From contig CAWCXA010000011.1 of the NCBI GenBank assembly GCA_963799425.1, forward strand, positions 99,263 to 163,262: 64,000 bases of DNA, in the 5' to 3' direction. The stretch's first letter is position 1. Each line of letters opens with the position of its first letter. Made by a program: the position numbers and the translations under genes. A model generated the notes under the pieces. It saw only the letters and a program-made list of their open reading frames with translations, made no database searches and was not told the DNA's origin. The stretch is from an uncultured Actinomycetota bacterium (lineage in GTDB: Bacteria; Actinomycetota; Actinomycetes; Jiangellales; Jiangellaceae). This document shows, in pieces, positions 18,182 through 29,240 of the stretch.

Positions 18182-18736
18182 ATGTTCAAGTCAACGTCCA
18201 CCTCATTGATCCTGCTTGGCGTCCTGAGCGTCATCGTTGGGATCGTCGCGATCGCCTGGCCTAGCGTGACCGTTCTCGCGCTGGTCATCCTGTTCGCGAT
18301 CTACGCATTCATCGGCGCGGGCCTTGCGGCCACGCGCGCGTTCAACAGCGCCAGTGCAGGACCGGTCGTCGGCTATCTGCTGCTTGCGCTGATCGACATC
18401 GCCGCCGGTGTGGTCGCCCTGGTCTGGCCAGGTCCCACCGCGCTGGTGCTCGTACTCGTCGTCGCCATCTGGGCGTTCGTGGCTGGCTTCGTCGAGATCT
18501 TCGCTGCCTTCGGCAGCGGGGAGACCGCGGGCACCCGGGCGTTGTTCATCGTGACCGGGCTCGTGTCGATCGCGTTCGGCGTGGTCCTCAGCGCCCGTCC
18601 CGACATCGGGGCGACCACCCTGGCGCTGCTGTTTGGCCTGTACACCATGGTCTACGGAGTGTTGGAGATCGTGGTGGGCGTCCAAATGCGCAACACCGGG
18701 CGGACCTTGGACCGGGTTTTGCAAGACGCAGTCTGA
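18182..18736 (+). CDS. HdeD-family (DUF308) membrane protein
   Basis: 184 aa with six TM-like segments. N-terminus LILLGVLSVIVGIVAIAWPSVTVLALVILFAIYAFIGAG is typical of the family. Confidence 0.8.
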   Translation: MFKSTSTSLILLGVLSVIVGIVAIAWPSVTVLALVILFAIYAFIGAGLAATRAFNSASAGPVVGYLLLALIDIAAGVVALVWPGPTALVLVLVVAIWAFVAGFVEIFAAFGSGETAGTRALFIVTGLVSIAFGVVLSARPDIGATTLALLFGLYTMVYGVLEIVVGVQMRNTGRTLDRVLQDAV

Positions 18737-18862
18737 ACCGGGACATGGCGCGCGCCGACCGCACACGTGGCAGACGCCCCGGTGTACGTCTGCCAAGCCC
18801 TCGCCCGGCTTGGCAGACGCCTCACCCGCAACTCGGCCGTACCAAGAACGAGAGGCACCACG

Positions 18863-19300
18863 ATGGCAAAGCCTGAGGGGCGCACCGCACAGCCGGAGAC
18901 ACCCCGCCACCACCCGGTTGTCCTCGAGCAACAGGCGCAACGTGCCCAGGACGTCCAGGTGCGAATCGCCGACTGGATCACGGCCTTCGCGGGGTCGATG
19001 AACTTTGTCTACATTCACGTCGCGCTGTTCACCGTCTGGATGCTGTTCATCGAGTCAAAGCCGTGGCCGATGCTGACGCTGGTGGTGTCGCTGGAAGCGA
19101 TCTTCCTCTCCACCTTCGTCATGATCGGCCAGAACCGGCAGGCTGCCTTCCAGCAGGACAAGGCCGACCACGACTTCAACGAACAAGAGCTGGAGCTCAA
19201 GACCAACACCCAGCTGACTCGGGAGATCCACACCCTCACCACCGAACTGCACAACCGACTGCTAAAGGGCTCGGTTGGAAACGGTCGGCCGGCGGCGTGA
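18863..19300 (+). CDS. DUF1003 domain-containing membrane protein
   Basis: ORF trimmed to ATG 18863. The core is ADWITAFAGSMNFVYIHVALFTVWM...LTLVVSLEAIFLSTFVMIGQNRQAAFQQDKADHDF. Confidence 0.75.
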   Translation: MAKPEGRTAQPETPRHHPVVLEQQAQRAQDVQVRIADWITAFAGSMNFVYIHVALFTVWMLFIESKPWPMLTLVVSLEAIFLSTFVMIGQNRQAAFQQDKADHDFNEQELELKTNTQLTREIHTLTTELHNRLLKGSVGNGRPAA

Positions 19301-19339
19301 TGGGCTGATCGCCATCCGCGGTGGAACCGGAGTTGATTC

Positions 19340-19882
19340 TCAATCAGCCGTGAGGTGTCGCTTCTTGGCCTCATCAATGACGACCAGCAATACGACGGAG
19401 ACGGCCAAGACAGCGATCGACGTGAGCCACCACCACGGCGACTGCAGCCGCAACGGAAGCGCCAGGAGGAGGTCGTCGCCCCCGAAGACCAGGCGGGCGA
19501 CGAATGGCGCGATGCCGTTGTAGATCCCGACCAGGAAGACGATGCCCGAGGCAACGCCATAGACGGCGGCGCCATCCGATGATGCGAGTGTGCCTGCCTC
19601 CGACGTCGAGGCCGGAGCACTCACCGGCTCCGGTTCGGCAGGGAAATGCCGATCCCTCACGTCGTCGATCATGGCGAGCAGGGCAAGCGCCGCAAGAACG
19701 ATGGCAAGGCACGCGATCCACCACCACGGTGCCGGCAGCCACAACGCCGGCGCGAAGCGTTGGTCGGCGTCAAACAGTGACCGCGCCACTAGAGGCACGA
19801 GCCCTTGGTACAGACCGGCGAACACCACCACGCCGAAGGCCACGTCATACGCCCGTTTGCTGTGGATCGCGCCCAGGTCCAT
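19340..19882 (-). CDS. hypothetical 4-TM membrane protein built from an internal 2-TM duplication
   Basis: The halves AFGVVVFAGLYQGLVPLVARSLFDAD...PWWWIACLAIVLAALALLAMIDDVRDRH and VASGIVFLVGIYNGIAPFVARLVFGGD...PWWWLTSIAVLAVSVVLLVVIDEAKKRH align. The start is uncertain (ATG 19882 or further upstream). Confidence 0.55.
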   Translation of the reverse strand: MDLGAIHSKRAYDVAFGVVVFAGLYQGLVPLVARSLFDADQRFAPALWLPAPWWWIACLAIVLAALALLAMIDDVRDRHFPAEPEPVSAPASTSEAGTLASSDGAAVYGVASGIVFLVGIYNGIAPFVARLVFGGDDLLLALPLRLQSPWWWLTSIAVLAVSVVLLVVIDEAKKRHLTAD

Positions 19883-19979
19883 GGTGGCCACGAAACCGCA
19901 ACCACGGGGATGGCACATCGTTCGTCGGTCGGTTCCGCGGTTGACCAAAGTCGATGTGCCGCGCCGCCCCTGTCAGGGA

Positions 19980-20396
19980 CTAGTAAGGCCGGCGGTCTGA
20001 CGACCTCGGCGAGCAGCTGCCGAACGAGCGCGACGCCAGCAGGAAGACCCCGACCCAGACCAGCGGTATCAGGACAAATGGCGCGCTCATGAGGAACGCG
20101 AGGGCGATCAACGGAAACAGCAGCACCGGGATGGGGAATCCCGACCGGCGGCGGGGGCCTTGGCGGGGCCGCTGTTCCGACTTATCAGGCGCAGGTCGCA
20201 GTTGCGGGAGGTCCTGGAACAGGCTGTTGAGATCGCTGCGCATCTTGGCCGCATAGGCCTGCCCGATCCGCTCCTCGTGCTCCGTGACATCGAGCCTTCC
20301 GGCCACGAAGTGCTCACCGAGCGCCTGAACCGCGGCTTCTCGCTCCGCGTCGCCGATCCGCAGGTCGCCCTTACCGTAGGAGAAACTCTCCGTCAT
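19980..20396 (-). CDS. DUF1707 domain-containing membrane protein
   Basis: ORF trimmed to ATG 20396. The N-terminus LRIGDAEREAAVQALGEHFVAGRLDVTEHEERIGQAYAA is the DUF1707 pattern. C-terminal TM segments follow. Confidence 0.75.
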   Translation of the reverse strand: MTESFSYGKGDLRIGDAEREAAVQALGEHFVAGRLDVTEHEERIGQAYAAKMRSDLNSLFQDLPQLRPAPDKSEQRPRQGPRRRSGFPIPVLLFPLIALAFLMSAPFVLIPLVWVGVFLLASRSFGSCSPRSSDRRPY

Positions 20397-20598
20397 CGCG
20401 GTCACATCCTTAGCGTGTGCAATTCCAGAGTGCCACGACTTGGCCAACTAGCGCGTCGGTGTCTCGGAGGGTCCCTCCGTACGCCATTCGTCGTACGGCC
20501 GGCGAAGGACGTTAGGCAATCCGCCACGGGCGGAATACTCTGGTGCGGCCGTTAGTTGCACGAGCAACAATCGGACCAAGCAATGGGGAGCAACGATC

Positions 20599-21708
20599 AT
20601 GCAGTTCGGCGTCTTCAGCGTGGGCGACGTGACACCTGACCCGACTACGAGCCAGACGCCGACGGAGCACGAGCGGATCAAGGCGATGGTCACCATCGCG
20701 CTCAAGGCCGAGGAGGTCGGGCTCGACGTCTTCGCCACTGGTGAGCACCACAATCCGCCGTTCGTGCCGTCGTCACCCACGACGATGCTGGGCTGGATCG
20801 CCGCCAAGACCAAGCGGCTCATCCTCTCCACTTCGACGACGCTGATCACCACGAATGACCCGGTGAAGATCGCCGAGGACTTCGCGATGCTGCAGCACCT
20901 CGCCGACGGGCGGGTCGACGTGATGATGGGCCGCGGCAACACCGCGCCTGTCTACCCCTGGTTCGGTAAAGACATCCGCGATGGCATCGACCTCGCCATC
21001 GAGAACTATCACCTGGTGCACAAGCTGTGGCGGGAGGATGTCGTCGACTGGCAGGGCAAGTTCCGTACGCCGCTGCAGTCGTTCACGTCGACGCCCCGCC
21101 CCCTTGACGGCATCCCGCCGTTCGTGTGGCATGGCTCGATCCGCAGCCCGGAGATCGCCGAGCAGGCGGCCTACTACGGCGACGGCTTCTTCGCCAACAA
21201 CATCTTCTGGCCGAAGGATCACTACCAGCGGCTGATCCGGCTCTACCGGCAGCGCTATGCGCACTACGGCCACGGCACGCCCGAGCAGGCCTATGTCGGT
21301 CTCGGCGGCCAGGTGTTCATGCGCAAGAACTCGCAGGATGCGATCCGCGAGTTCCGGCCCTATTTCGACGTTGCCCCGGTGTACGGCCACGGGCCGTCGC
21401 TCGAGGAGTTCATGGCGCAGACCCCGCTCACTGTCGGCAGTCCGCAGCAGGTCATCGAGCGCACCTTGCAGTTCCGCGACTTCTTCGGTGACTACCAGCG
21501 CCAGCTGTTCCTCATGGACCACGCCGGGCTTCCGCTCAAGACAGTGCTCGAGCAGCTCGATCTCCTCGGCGGGGAGGTCGTTCCGGTGCTGCGCAAGGAG
21601 TTCGCGGCGCTCAAGCCGGCGGACGTGCCCGACGGCCCGACGCACGCGGCCCGCAAGGCCGCGGCCGAGGCTGCAGCGGCGACAGCGGAGCCGGAGGTGA
21701 CCAAATGA
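20599..21708 (+). CDS. LLM-class (luciferase-like) FMN-dependent monooxygenase
   Basis: 369 aa. MQFGVFSVGDVTPDP...GLDVFATGEHHNPPF. Paired with a downstream FMN reductase (ATGA overlap). From memory this matches the CE1758/CE1759-type pair. Confidence 0.85.
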   Translation: MQFGVFSVGDVTPDPTTSQTPTEHERIKAMVTIALKAEEVGLDVFATGEHHNPPFVPSSPTTMLGWIAAKTKRLILSTSTTLITTNDPVKIAEDFAMLQHLADGRVDVMMGRGNTAPVYPWFGKDIRDGIDLAIENYHLVHKLWREDVVDWQGKFRTPLQSFTSTPRPLDGIPPFVWHGSIRSPEIAEQAAYYGDGFFANNIFWPKDHYQRLIRLYRQRYAHYGHGTPEQAYVGLGGQVFMRKNSQDAIREFRPYFDVAPVYGHGPSLEEFMAQTPLTVGSPQQVIERTLQFRDFFGDYQRQLFLMDHAGLPLKTVLEQLDLLGGEVVPVLRKEFAALKPADVPDGPTHAARKAAAEAAAATAEPEVTK

Positions 21709-22319
21709 CGTTCCGACTTGCTGTTGTCACCGCTGGGGTAGGGGTGCCCTCGTCGTCCCGTCTCCTGGCCGACCACCTCGCACAGGCGGCTCGCGCACAA
21801 CTCATCGCCGCCGGCGACCAGGTCGAGATCACCGTTGTCGAGCTCCGTGAGCTCGCGCACGACATCGTCAACCACACACTCACAGGGTTCCCCAACCCCG
21901 ACCTCGAGCGGGTGCTCAAGGAGGTCGAGGCGGCCGACGGGCTGATTGCCGTGACGCCTATCTTCAACGCGTCCTTCAGCGGGCTGTTCAAGTCCTTCTT
22001 CGACCTGTTCGAGCCCGACGACCTTGCCGGGAAGCCCGTGCTCATCGCGGCCACTGGTGGCACCGAACGCCACTCGCTGGCACTCGAGCACGCCGTGCGT
22101 CCGCTGTTCAGCTACCTGCGCGCCGTCGTGGTACCGACCTCGGTCTTCGCCGCATCGTCCGACTTCGGAGGCGGTACGGAGTCGGGCTCGGCTCTGGTCG
22201 ACCGGATCGACCGCGCCGCGGCACAGTTCGTACAACTCGTGCGGCAGGCCCCGCCGCGTACGCAGCACGACGACTACGCCGACATCACACCGTTCGAGCA
22301 GTTGCTCGCAGCCGACTGA
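21705..22319 (+). CDS. NAD(P)H-dependent FMN reductase partner of the LLM monooxygenase
   Basis: 204 aa. MTFRLAVVTAGVGVPSSSRLLAD...LIAVTPIFNASFSGLFKSFFD. Confidence 0.8.
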   Translation: MTFRLAVVTAGVGVPSSSRLLADHLAQAARAQLIAAGDQVEITVVELRELAHDIVNHTLTGFPNPDLERVLKEVEAADGLIAVTPIFNASFSGLFKSFFDLFEPDDLAGKPVLIAATGGTERHSLALEHAVRPLFSYLRAVVVPTSVFAASSDFGGGTESGSALVDRIDRAAAQFVQLVRQAPPRTQHDDYADITPFEQLLAAD

Positions 22320-22433
22320 CGCGTGCCGGGGTCGGCCCATAGCCGTGCGAGCCGGTGCCCTCCACCGGCCGCACTGATCGACTCACGTCCGCCTGCGCTA
22401 CCCTGTCTTCGTGGCATTGCTGCTCCTTAGAGA

Positions 22434-22492
22434 GCCGCGCTGACTGGCTCCATCTCAGCGCGGCGACCCCTCCTGTGCGAGGGGGTTTTTTA
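22434..22492 (+). terminator. double hairpin ending in an intrinsic terminator (U-tract)
   Basis: The first stem is 10 bp, GCCGCGCTGA/TCAGCGCGGC (22434-22464). A second stem CCCCTC/GAGGGG (22467-22484) follows, then G-TTTTTT-A. It lies 115 nt after the FMN reductase stop and 60 nt before the leuS ATG. Confidence 0.7.
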
Positions 22493-22552
22493 TGCCCGGA
22501 GCGGCGTGACACCGCGAGAACTACGCGATCAAGACAAGGACGGCACCCGCCC

Positions 22553-25423
22553 ATGAGCGAGAACGACACCGCAACCCCGCCGGAGGACGTACCGGCCTAT
22601 CGGTACACGGCTGCGCTGGCGGCCGACATCGAGGCGCGCTGGCAGGACCGTTGGGAGAAGGAGGGCACCTTCGAGGCGCCCAACCCGAGCGGTGACCTTG
22701 CGCCCGCGGATGGTGCTCCGCTCCCAGCGGAGAAGTTCTTCGTCATGGACATGTTCCCGTACCCGTCCGGGGCGGGCCTGCACGTCGGACACCCACTCGG
22801 CTACATCGCGACCGACGTCATCGGCCGGTTCAAGCGCATGTGCGGCATCAACGTTCTGCACACACTGGGGTACGACTCGTTCGGGCTGCCCGCCGAGCAG
22901 TACGCCGTACAGACCGGTCAGCACCCGCGCGTGACGACTGAGGCCAACATCGTCACCATGCGTCGGCAGTTGCGTCGGCTCGGGCTGGGGCACGACCAAC
23001 GGCGTTCGTTCGCCACGATCGATCCCGAGTATGTCCGCTGGACGCAGTGGATCTTTCTGCAGCACTTCACCGCGTGGTACGACCGCGATGCCGACGGCGG
23101 ACGCGGCAAGGCCCGACCGATCGCGGAGCTGGAGGCCGAGCTGGCGAGCGGCGCTCGGCCAACTCCCGATGGCCGCCCCTGGCAGCAGCTGTCCGCCGAT
23201 GAGAAGAGTGCAGTGCTTGACGACCACCGCCTTGCCTACGTCGCAGATGCCCCGGTCAACTGGTGCCCTGGCCTGGGGACCGTGCTGGCCAACGAGGAGG
23301 TCACGTCGGAGGGCCGCAGTGAGCGCGGCAACTTCCCTGTGTTCCAGCGGCGGCTGCGGCAGTGGATGATGCGCATCACTGCCTACGCAGACCGGCTGAT
23401 CGACGACCTCGACCGCATCGAATGGCCCGAGAAGGTCAAGCTGATGCAGCGCAACTGGATCGGACGCTCGCAGGGCGCCACCGTGCACTTCGCCACCGAT
23501 GCAGGCGACCTGTCGGTGTTCACCACTCGCCCCGACACGGTCTTCGGTGCGACGTTCATGGTGGTCGCACCGGAGCATCCGCTTGTCGAGGAGCTGATCG
23601 CCGACGAGTGGCCCGAGGGCACCCCCGAATCGTGGACCCACGGGCAGCCGACGCCTGTCGAGGCCGTCCGCGCGTACGAAGCCGAGACCGCCGCCCGCAC
23701 CGAAGTCGAGCGGCAGACCGAGGGCCGGCAGAAGACCGGCGTCTTCACCGGTGCCCACGCGACCAACCCCGCCACCGGCAAGCGCATCCCTGTCTTCGTG
23801 GCCGACTACGTACTCATGGGCTATGGCACCGGCGCCATCATGGCCGTGCCGGGTCAGGACGAGCGCGACTGGGAGTTCGCCGAGCGGTTCGGGCTTCCGA
23901 TCATCCGCACTGTCCAGCCACCGGAAGGGTGGACCGGTGAGGCCTACACGGGCGAGGGGCCGGCCATCAACTCGGCCAACGCCGAGGTCTCGCTCGATGA
24001 GCTCGATGTCGAGACGGCCAAGTCGCGCATCATCGAGTGGCTGGAGGCCAAGGGGCTGGGCACTGGCACGGTCACGTACCGGTTGCGTGACTGGCTGTTC
24101 AGCCGGCAGCGCTACTGGGGCGAGCCGTTCCCGATCGTCTACGACGAGTCCGGTTCCGCGCACGCGATCCCAGACGAGCTGCTGCCGGTGGACCTGCCGG
24201 ACGTCCCCGATTATTCGCCGAAGACCTACGACCCCGACGACGCCGACTCGCAGCCGGAGCCACCGCTGGCCCGCGTGCCGGAGTGGGTCGACGTCGAGCT
24301 CGACCTGGGCGACGGGCTCAAGCACTACACGCGGGACACCAACACGATGCCCAACTGGGCGGGCTCGTGCTGGTACGAGCTGCGCTACCTCGACCCAGGC
24401 AACACTGAGCGGTTCACCGATGCCGACGCCGAGCGATATTGGATGGGACCACGTGAACCCGGCGGCACCGGCGGCGTCGACCTGTACGTCGGCGGCATCG
24501 AGCACGCGGTGCTGCACCTGCTCTATGCACGGTTCTGGCACAAGGTGCTGTTCGACCTGGGCTACCTGACGAGCGAAGAGCCCTTCTACCGGCTGTTCAA
24601 CCAGGGCTACATCCAGGCCTACGCCTACACGGACTCGCGCGGTCAGTACGTGCCGGCCGATGAGGTCATCGATGACCTGGACTCGTCGACCGGCTTCTCG
24701 TGGCATGGCCAACCGGCCAACCGCGAGTACGGCAAGATGGGCAAGAGCCTGAAGAACATCGTGACGCCGGACGACATGTACGAGGCCTACGGCGCCGACA
24801 CGTTCCGGGTCTACGAGATGTCGATGGGTCCGCTCGACGTGTCCCGACCCTGGGAGACGCGGGCAGTCGTGGGCGCGCAACGGTTCTTGCAGCGCGTGTG
24901 GCGCAACGTCGTCGACGAGGCGACGGGTGACCTACGCGTCGCGGAATCCACACCCGATGAGGCGACCCTCCGACTGCTGCACCGCACGATCGACGGCGTA
25001 CGCAGCGACTATGAGGGCCTGCGCTTCAACACCGCAATCGCCAAGCTCATCGAGCTCAACAACGGGCTGACCAAGCTGGGCGAAGTGCCGCGTGCGGCCA
25101 TCGAGCCGTTGGTGCTGATGCTTGCCCCGGTCGCGCCGCACATAGCCGAGGAGGTGTGGTCGCGACTGGGCCATGAGGGGTCGCTGGCGCGCGAGCAGTT
25201 CCCTGTCGCCGACCCCGCCTACCTCGTCGAGGAGACGGTGACTTGTGTCGTACAGGTGGCAGGCAAGGTGCGTGACCGCATCGAAGTGCCGCCGTCGATC
25301 GGTGAGGACGAGCTGCGCGAGCTAGCGGTCGCGACCGAGGGCGTGCAGCGGGCTCTCGACGGTCGAGGTATCCGCACGGTCATCGTTCGTGCGCCCCGCC
25401 TCGTCAACGTCGTGCCTGCCTGA
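22553..25423 (+). CDS. leuS: leucine--tRNA ligase
   Basis: ORF trimmed to ATG 22553 ([18 protein letters not shown]...). Class I motifs [12 protein letters not shown] (HIGH) and KMGKSLKN (KMSKS). Confidence 0.95.
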   Translation: MSENDTATPPEDVPAYRYTAALAADIEARWQDRWEKEGTFEAPNPSGDLAPADGAPLPAEKFFVMDMFPYPSGAGLHVGHPLGYIATDVIGRFKRMCGINVLHTLGYDSFGLPAEQYAVQTGQHPRVTTEANIVTMRRQLRRLGLGHDQRRSFATIDPEYVRWTQWIFLQHFTAWYDRDADGGRGKARPIAELEAELASGARPTPDGRPWQQLSADEKSAVLDDHRLAYVADAPVNWCPGLGTVLANEEVTSEGRSERGNFPVFQRRLRQWMMRITAYADRLIDDLDRIEWPEKVKLMQRNWIGRSQGATVHFATDAGDLSVFTTRPDTVFGATFMVVAPEHPLVEELIADEWPEGTPESWTHGQPTPVEAVRAYEAETAARTEVERQTEGRQKTGVFTGAHATNPATGKRIPVFVADYVLMGYGTGAIMAVPGQDERDWEFAERFGLPIIRTVQPPEGWTGEAYTGEGPAINSANAEVSLDELDVETAKSRIIEWLEAKGLGTGTVTYRLRDWLFSRQRYWGEPFPIVYDESGSAHAIPDELLPVDLPDVPDYSPKTYDPDDADSQPEPPLARVPEWVDVELDLGDGLKHYTRDTNTMPNWAGSCWYELRYLDPGNTERFTDADAERYWMGPREPGGTGGVDLYVGGIEHAVLHLLYARFWHKVLFDLGYLTSEEPFYRLFNQGYIQAYAYTDSRGQYVPADEVIDDLDSSTGFSWHGQPANREYGKMGKSLKNIVTPDDMYEAYGADTFRVYEMSMGPLDVSRPWETRAVVGAQRFLQRVWRNVVDEATGDLRVAESTPDEATLRLLHRTIDGVRSDYEGLRFNTAIAKLIELNNGLTKLGEVPRAAIEPLVLMLAPVAPHIAEEVWSRLGHEGSLAREQFPVADPAYLVEETVTCVVQVAGKVRDRIEVPPSIGEDELRELAVATEGVQRALDGRGIRTVIVRAPRLVNVVPA

Positions 25424-25426
25424 CGC

Positions 25427-26287
25427 ATGGGGCGACGCGTCGCACTCGTCACCGACTCGACCGCCTGCCTGGGCGCCGATGACGTGCAGGGGCGGGGGAT
25501 CACGGTCGTCCCGTTGCAGGTCGTGATCGACGGCAGGGCGTTCGACGAGGACGAACGGCTGTCCTCACGCGACGTGGCGGACGCGTTGCGGCACTCCAAG
25601 TCGGTGAGCACATCGCGGATCGCGCCCGAGGCACTGCAAGCGACCTACGCCTCGGTGGCGTCGACGGGCGCCGACGAGATCGTGTCGGTGCACCTGTCGA
25701 GCGAGCTGTCGGGGACGTACGAGTCGGCGGTGCTCGCCGCCCGGGAGGCGCCGATCGCCGTGCACGTCGTGGACTCGCGCTCGCTTGCCATGGGACTGGG
25801 CTTCGCGGTGCTCGCGGCGAGCGATGCACTCGCGGCTGGCGCGTCGGCAGCGGACGCGGTGGAGGTCGCGCAGCAGCGAGCGGCCGCCTCGTCGGCGGTG
25901 TTCTACGTCGACACGCTCGAGTACCTACGTCGCGGCGGGCGCATCTCCGCGACGACTGCGTTCATCGGCACTGCGCTGCACGTGAAGCCCTTGCTGCACC
26001 TGATCGATGGCCGCATCGAGCCGCTGGAGAACGTACGCACCGCGTCCCGCGCGCTGGCCCGCCTCGAGGAGGTCGCCCTCGACCGAGCCGGGCTTGATGT
26101 CGTCGAGGTCGCCGTGCACCACCTCGCTGCGGAGCAGCGCGCGGCGGCTCTCGCCGACAGCCTCCGACGGCGGCTCCCTGCGAGCGCCGGCATCGTGGTG
26201 CGCGAGGTTGGCCCGGTCATCGGGGCGCACGTCGGCGCAGGGCTCGTCGCGGTGGTGGTGGCACCGGTGCTGCAACGATCACGCTGA
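25427..26287 (+). CDS. DegV-family fatty-acid-binding protein
   Basis: 286 aa. VALVTDSTACL...VSVHLSSELSGTYESA...FYVDTLEYLRRGGRIS. Confidence 0.85.
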   Translation: MGRRVALVTDSTACLGADDVQGRGITVVPLQVVIDGRAFDEDERLSSRDVADALRHSKSVSTSRIAPEALQATYASVASTGADEIVSVHLSSELSGTYESAVLAAREAPIAVHVVDSRSLAMGLGFAVLAASDALAAGASAADAVEVAQQRAAASSAVFYVDTLEYLRRGGRISATTAFIGTALHVKPLLHLIDGRIEPLENVRTASRALARLEEVALDRAGLDVVEVAVHHLAAEQRAAALADSLRRRLPASAGIVVREVGPVIGAHVGAGLVAVVVAPVLQRSR

Positions 26288-26395
26288 ACAGCCAAGTTGT
26301 TGCAGGAACCGGCGAATACGGCTGTCCAGGCAGCAAATTGTCTATGCAGGCTGGCGACGCGGGCGTGCCGGTGACGCCGGTGCGCGCGAAGCGGC

Positions 26396-28196
<1,801 letters not shown>

Positions 28197-28242
28197 TAAT
28201 CTGTATCTTCGACGGGCAGACATGCGGTGTCAAATCACGGAC

Positions 28243-28281
28243 TGTCCACATGCGTACGCGGCGACGGCGCGCCGTCCACAG
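28243..28281 (+). promoter_or_regulatory. composite direct-repeat element TGTCCACATGC-N20-GTCCACAG (copy A, upstream of comEA)
   Basis: Read directly from the sequence as cTGTCCACATGCGtacgcggcgacggcgcgccGTCCACAGtc. It ends 50 nt before the comEA ATG (28332). Identical architecture occurs at 38771 and 45471. Confidence 0.6.
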
Positions 28282-28331
28282 TCTTGGTCAGCACCGTGGG
28301 ACCCGGCGGCCGGCGACCCTAGCGTCGAAAC

Positions 28332-29240
28332 ATGTCCCTCTGGAGCCGGCGTCGGGAGCGGCGCGTCCTGCAGCAGCAGGCGCGGCAACGGCTGGCCGCC
28401 GTGTTACCGCCGCCGAGTGCCGGTTGGGTGCCAAGCGATCCACCTTCCGGGGGTTCGGCCACACCTGAGCCGTCTCGGGGCAGGCATCGCCAGCCGCGGG
28501 CGAGGAGTCACCTCGTCGACCGGCTTCCTGTGCGGCTGCGGGCTTTGCTGGCTCGGCTCGGGGCGGGGCAGGAGTTCGGGCTCGACCGAGGGCACGCCGT
28601 CGTGCTTGTCCTTCTTGCCTGCCTTGGAGTCGGCGTTGCGATGGTCGTCGTCTTGGCCAGCCGTCCCGACGAGATCGAGATCCCGACGCGGACGATGACC
28701 TCGTCGCCGACAGCCACGGGGGAGGCCGGTGCGCCGTTGGCGACCGAGGAGCCGAGCTCGGGCGAAACCCCTGCACCTACCCCTGGTGCGGAGGGGGACG
28801 CCGTCACCGTGCACGTCGCGGGGCAGGTGGCGCAACCGGGGTTGATCCGGCTTCCCGCGGGGTCGCGGGTCGACGATGCGCTGCATGCGGCGGGGGGCGC
28901 ACTCCCCGGTGTCGACCTTTCAGACCTCAACCTGGCCCGCCTGCTCTCCGACGGTGAGCAGGTCGCGGTGGGAATTGAGGGAGCCGCCGATGCCCAGCCG
29001 GGTCGCGGCGCGGCTGACGGCGGAGCCGCGGCGGCGGGGTCGGGCGGCGGTCTCGTCGATCTCAACCACGCGACCCTCGAGGAGCTCGACACGTTGCCAG
29101 GCGTCGGGCCGGTTCTTGCCCAGCGGATCCTCGACTGGCGGTCAGCCAATGGGCAGTTCACGACGGTCGACGAGCTGCAAGAGGTGAGCGGCATCGGCCC
29201 CAAGGTCTTCGCGACGCTGGTCCCGAAGGTTCACGTGTGA
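28332..29240 (+). CDS. comEA: ComEA-family DNA-binding protein (TM + SLBB-like + helix-hairpin-helix)
   Basis: 302 aa. C-terminal HhH VDLNHATLEELDTLPGVGPVLAQRILDWRSANGQFTTVDELQEVSGIGPKVF. Confidence 0.85.
   Translation: MSLWSRRRERRVLQQQARQRLAAVLPPPSAGWVPSDPPSGGSATPEPSRGRHRQPRARSHLVDRLPVRLRALLARLGAGQEFGLDRGHAVVLVLLACLGVGVAMVVVLASRPDEIEIPTRTMTSSPTATGEAGAPLATEEPSSGETPAPTPGAEGDAVTVHVAGQVAQPGLIRLPAGSRVDDALHAAGGALPGVDLSDLNLARLLSDGEQVAVGIEGAADAQPGRGAADGGAAAAGSGGGLVDLNHATLEELDTLPGVGPVLAQRILDWRSANGQFTTVDELQEVSGIGPKVFATLVPKVHV

Noticed and set aside
22380-22552. T-box riboswitch upstream of leuS
   Set aside because: An AGAGA-like stretch and a terminator are present. I could not find the conserved T-box sequence, a specifier loop or an antiterminator alternative, so it is reported only as a terminator or possible attenuator.
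22529-24880. 783-aa minus-strand ORF
   Set aside because: It is antisense to leuS. The composition is Arg/Gly/Val/Asp-rich and non-protein-like, and leuS identity on the plus strand is unambiguous.
28220-28254. ACATGCG repeated 28 bp apart upstream of copy A as a third half-site
   Set aside because: The match is only 7 nt, the spacing differs, and it is absent from copies B and C.
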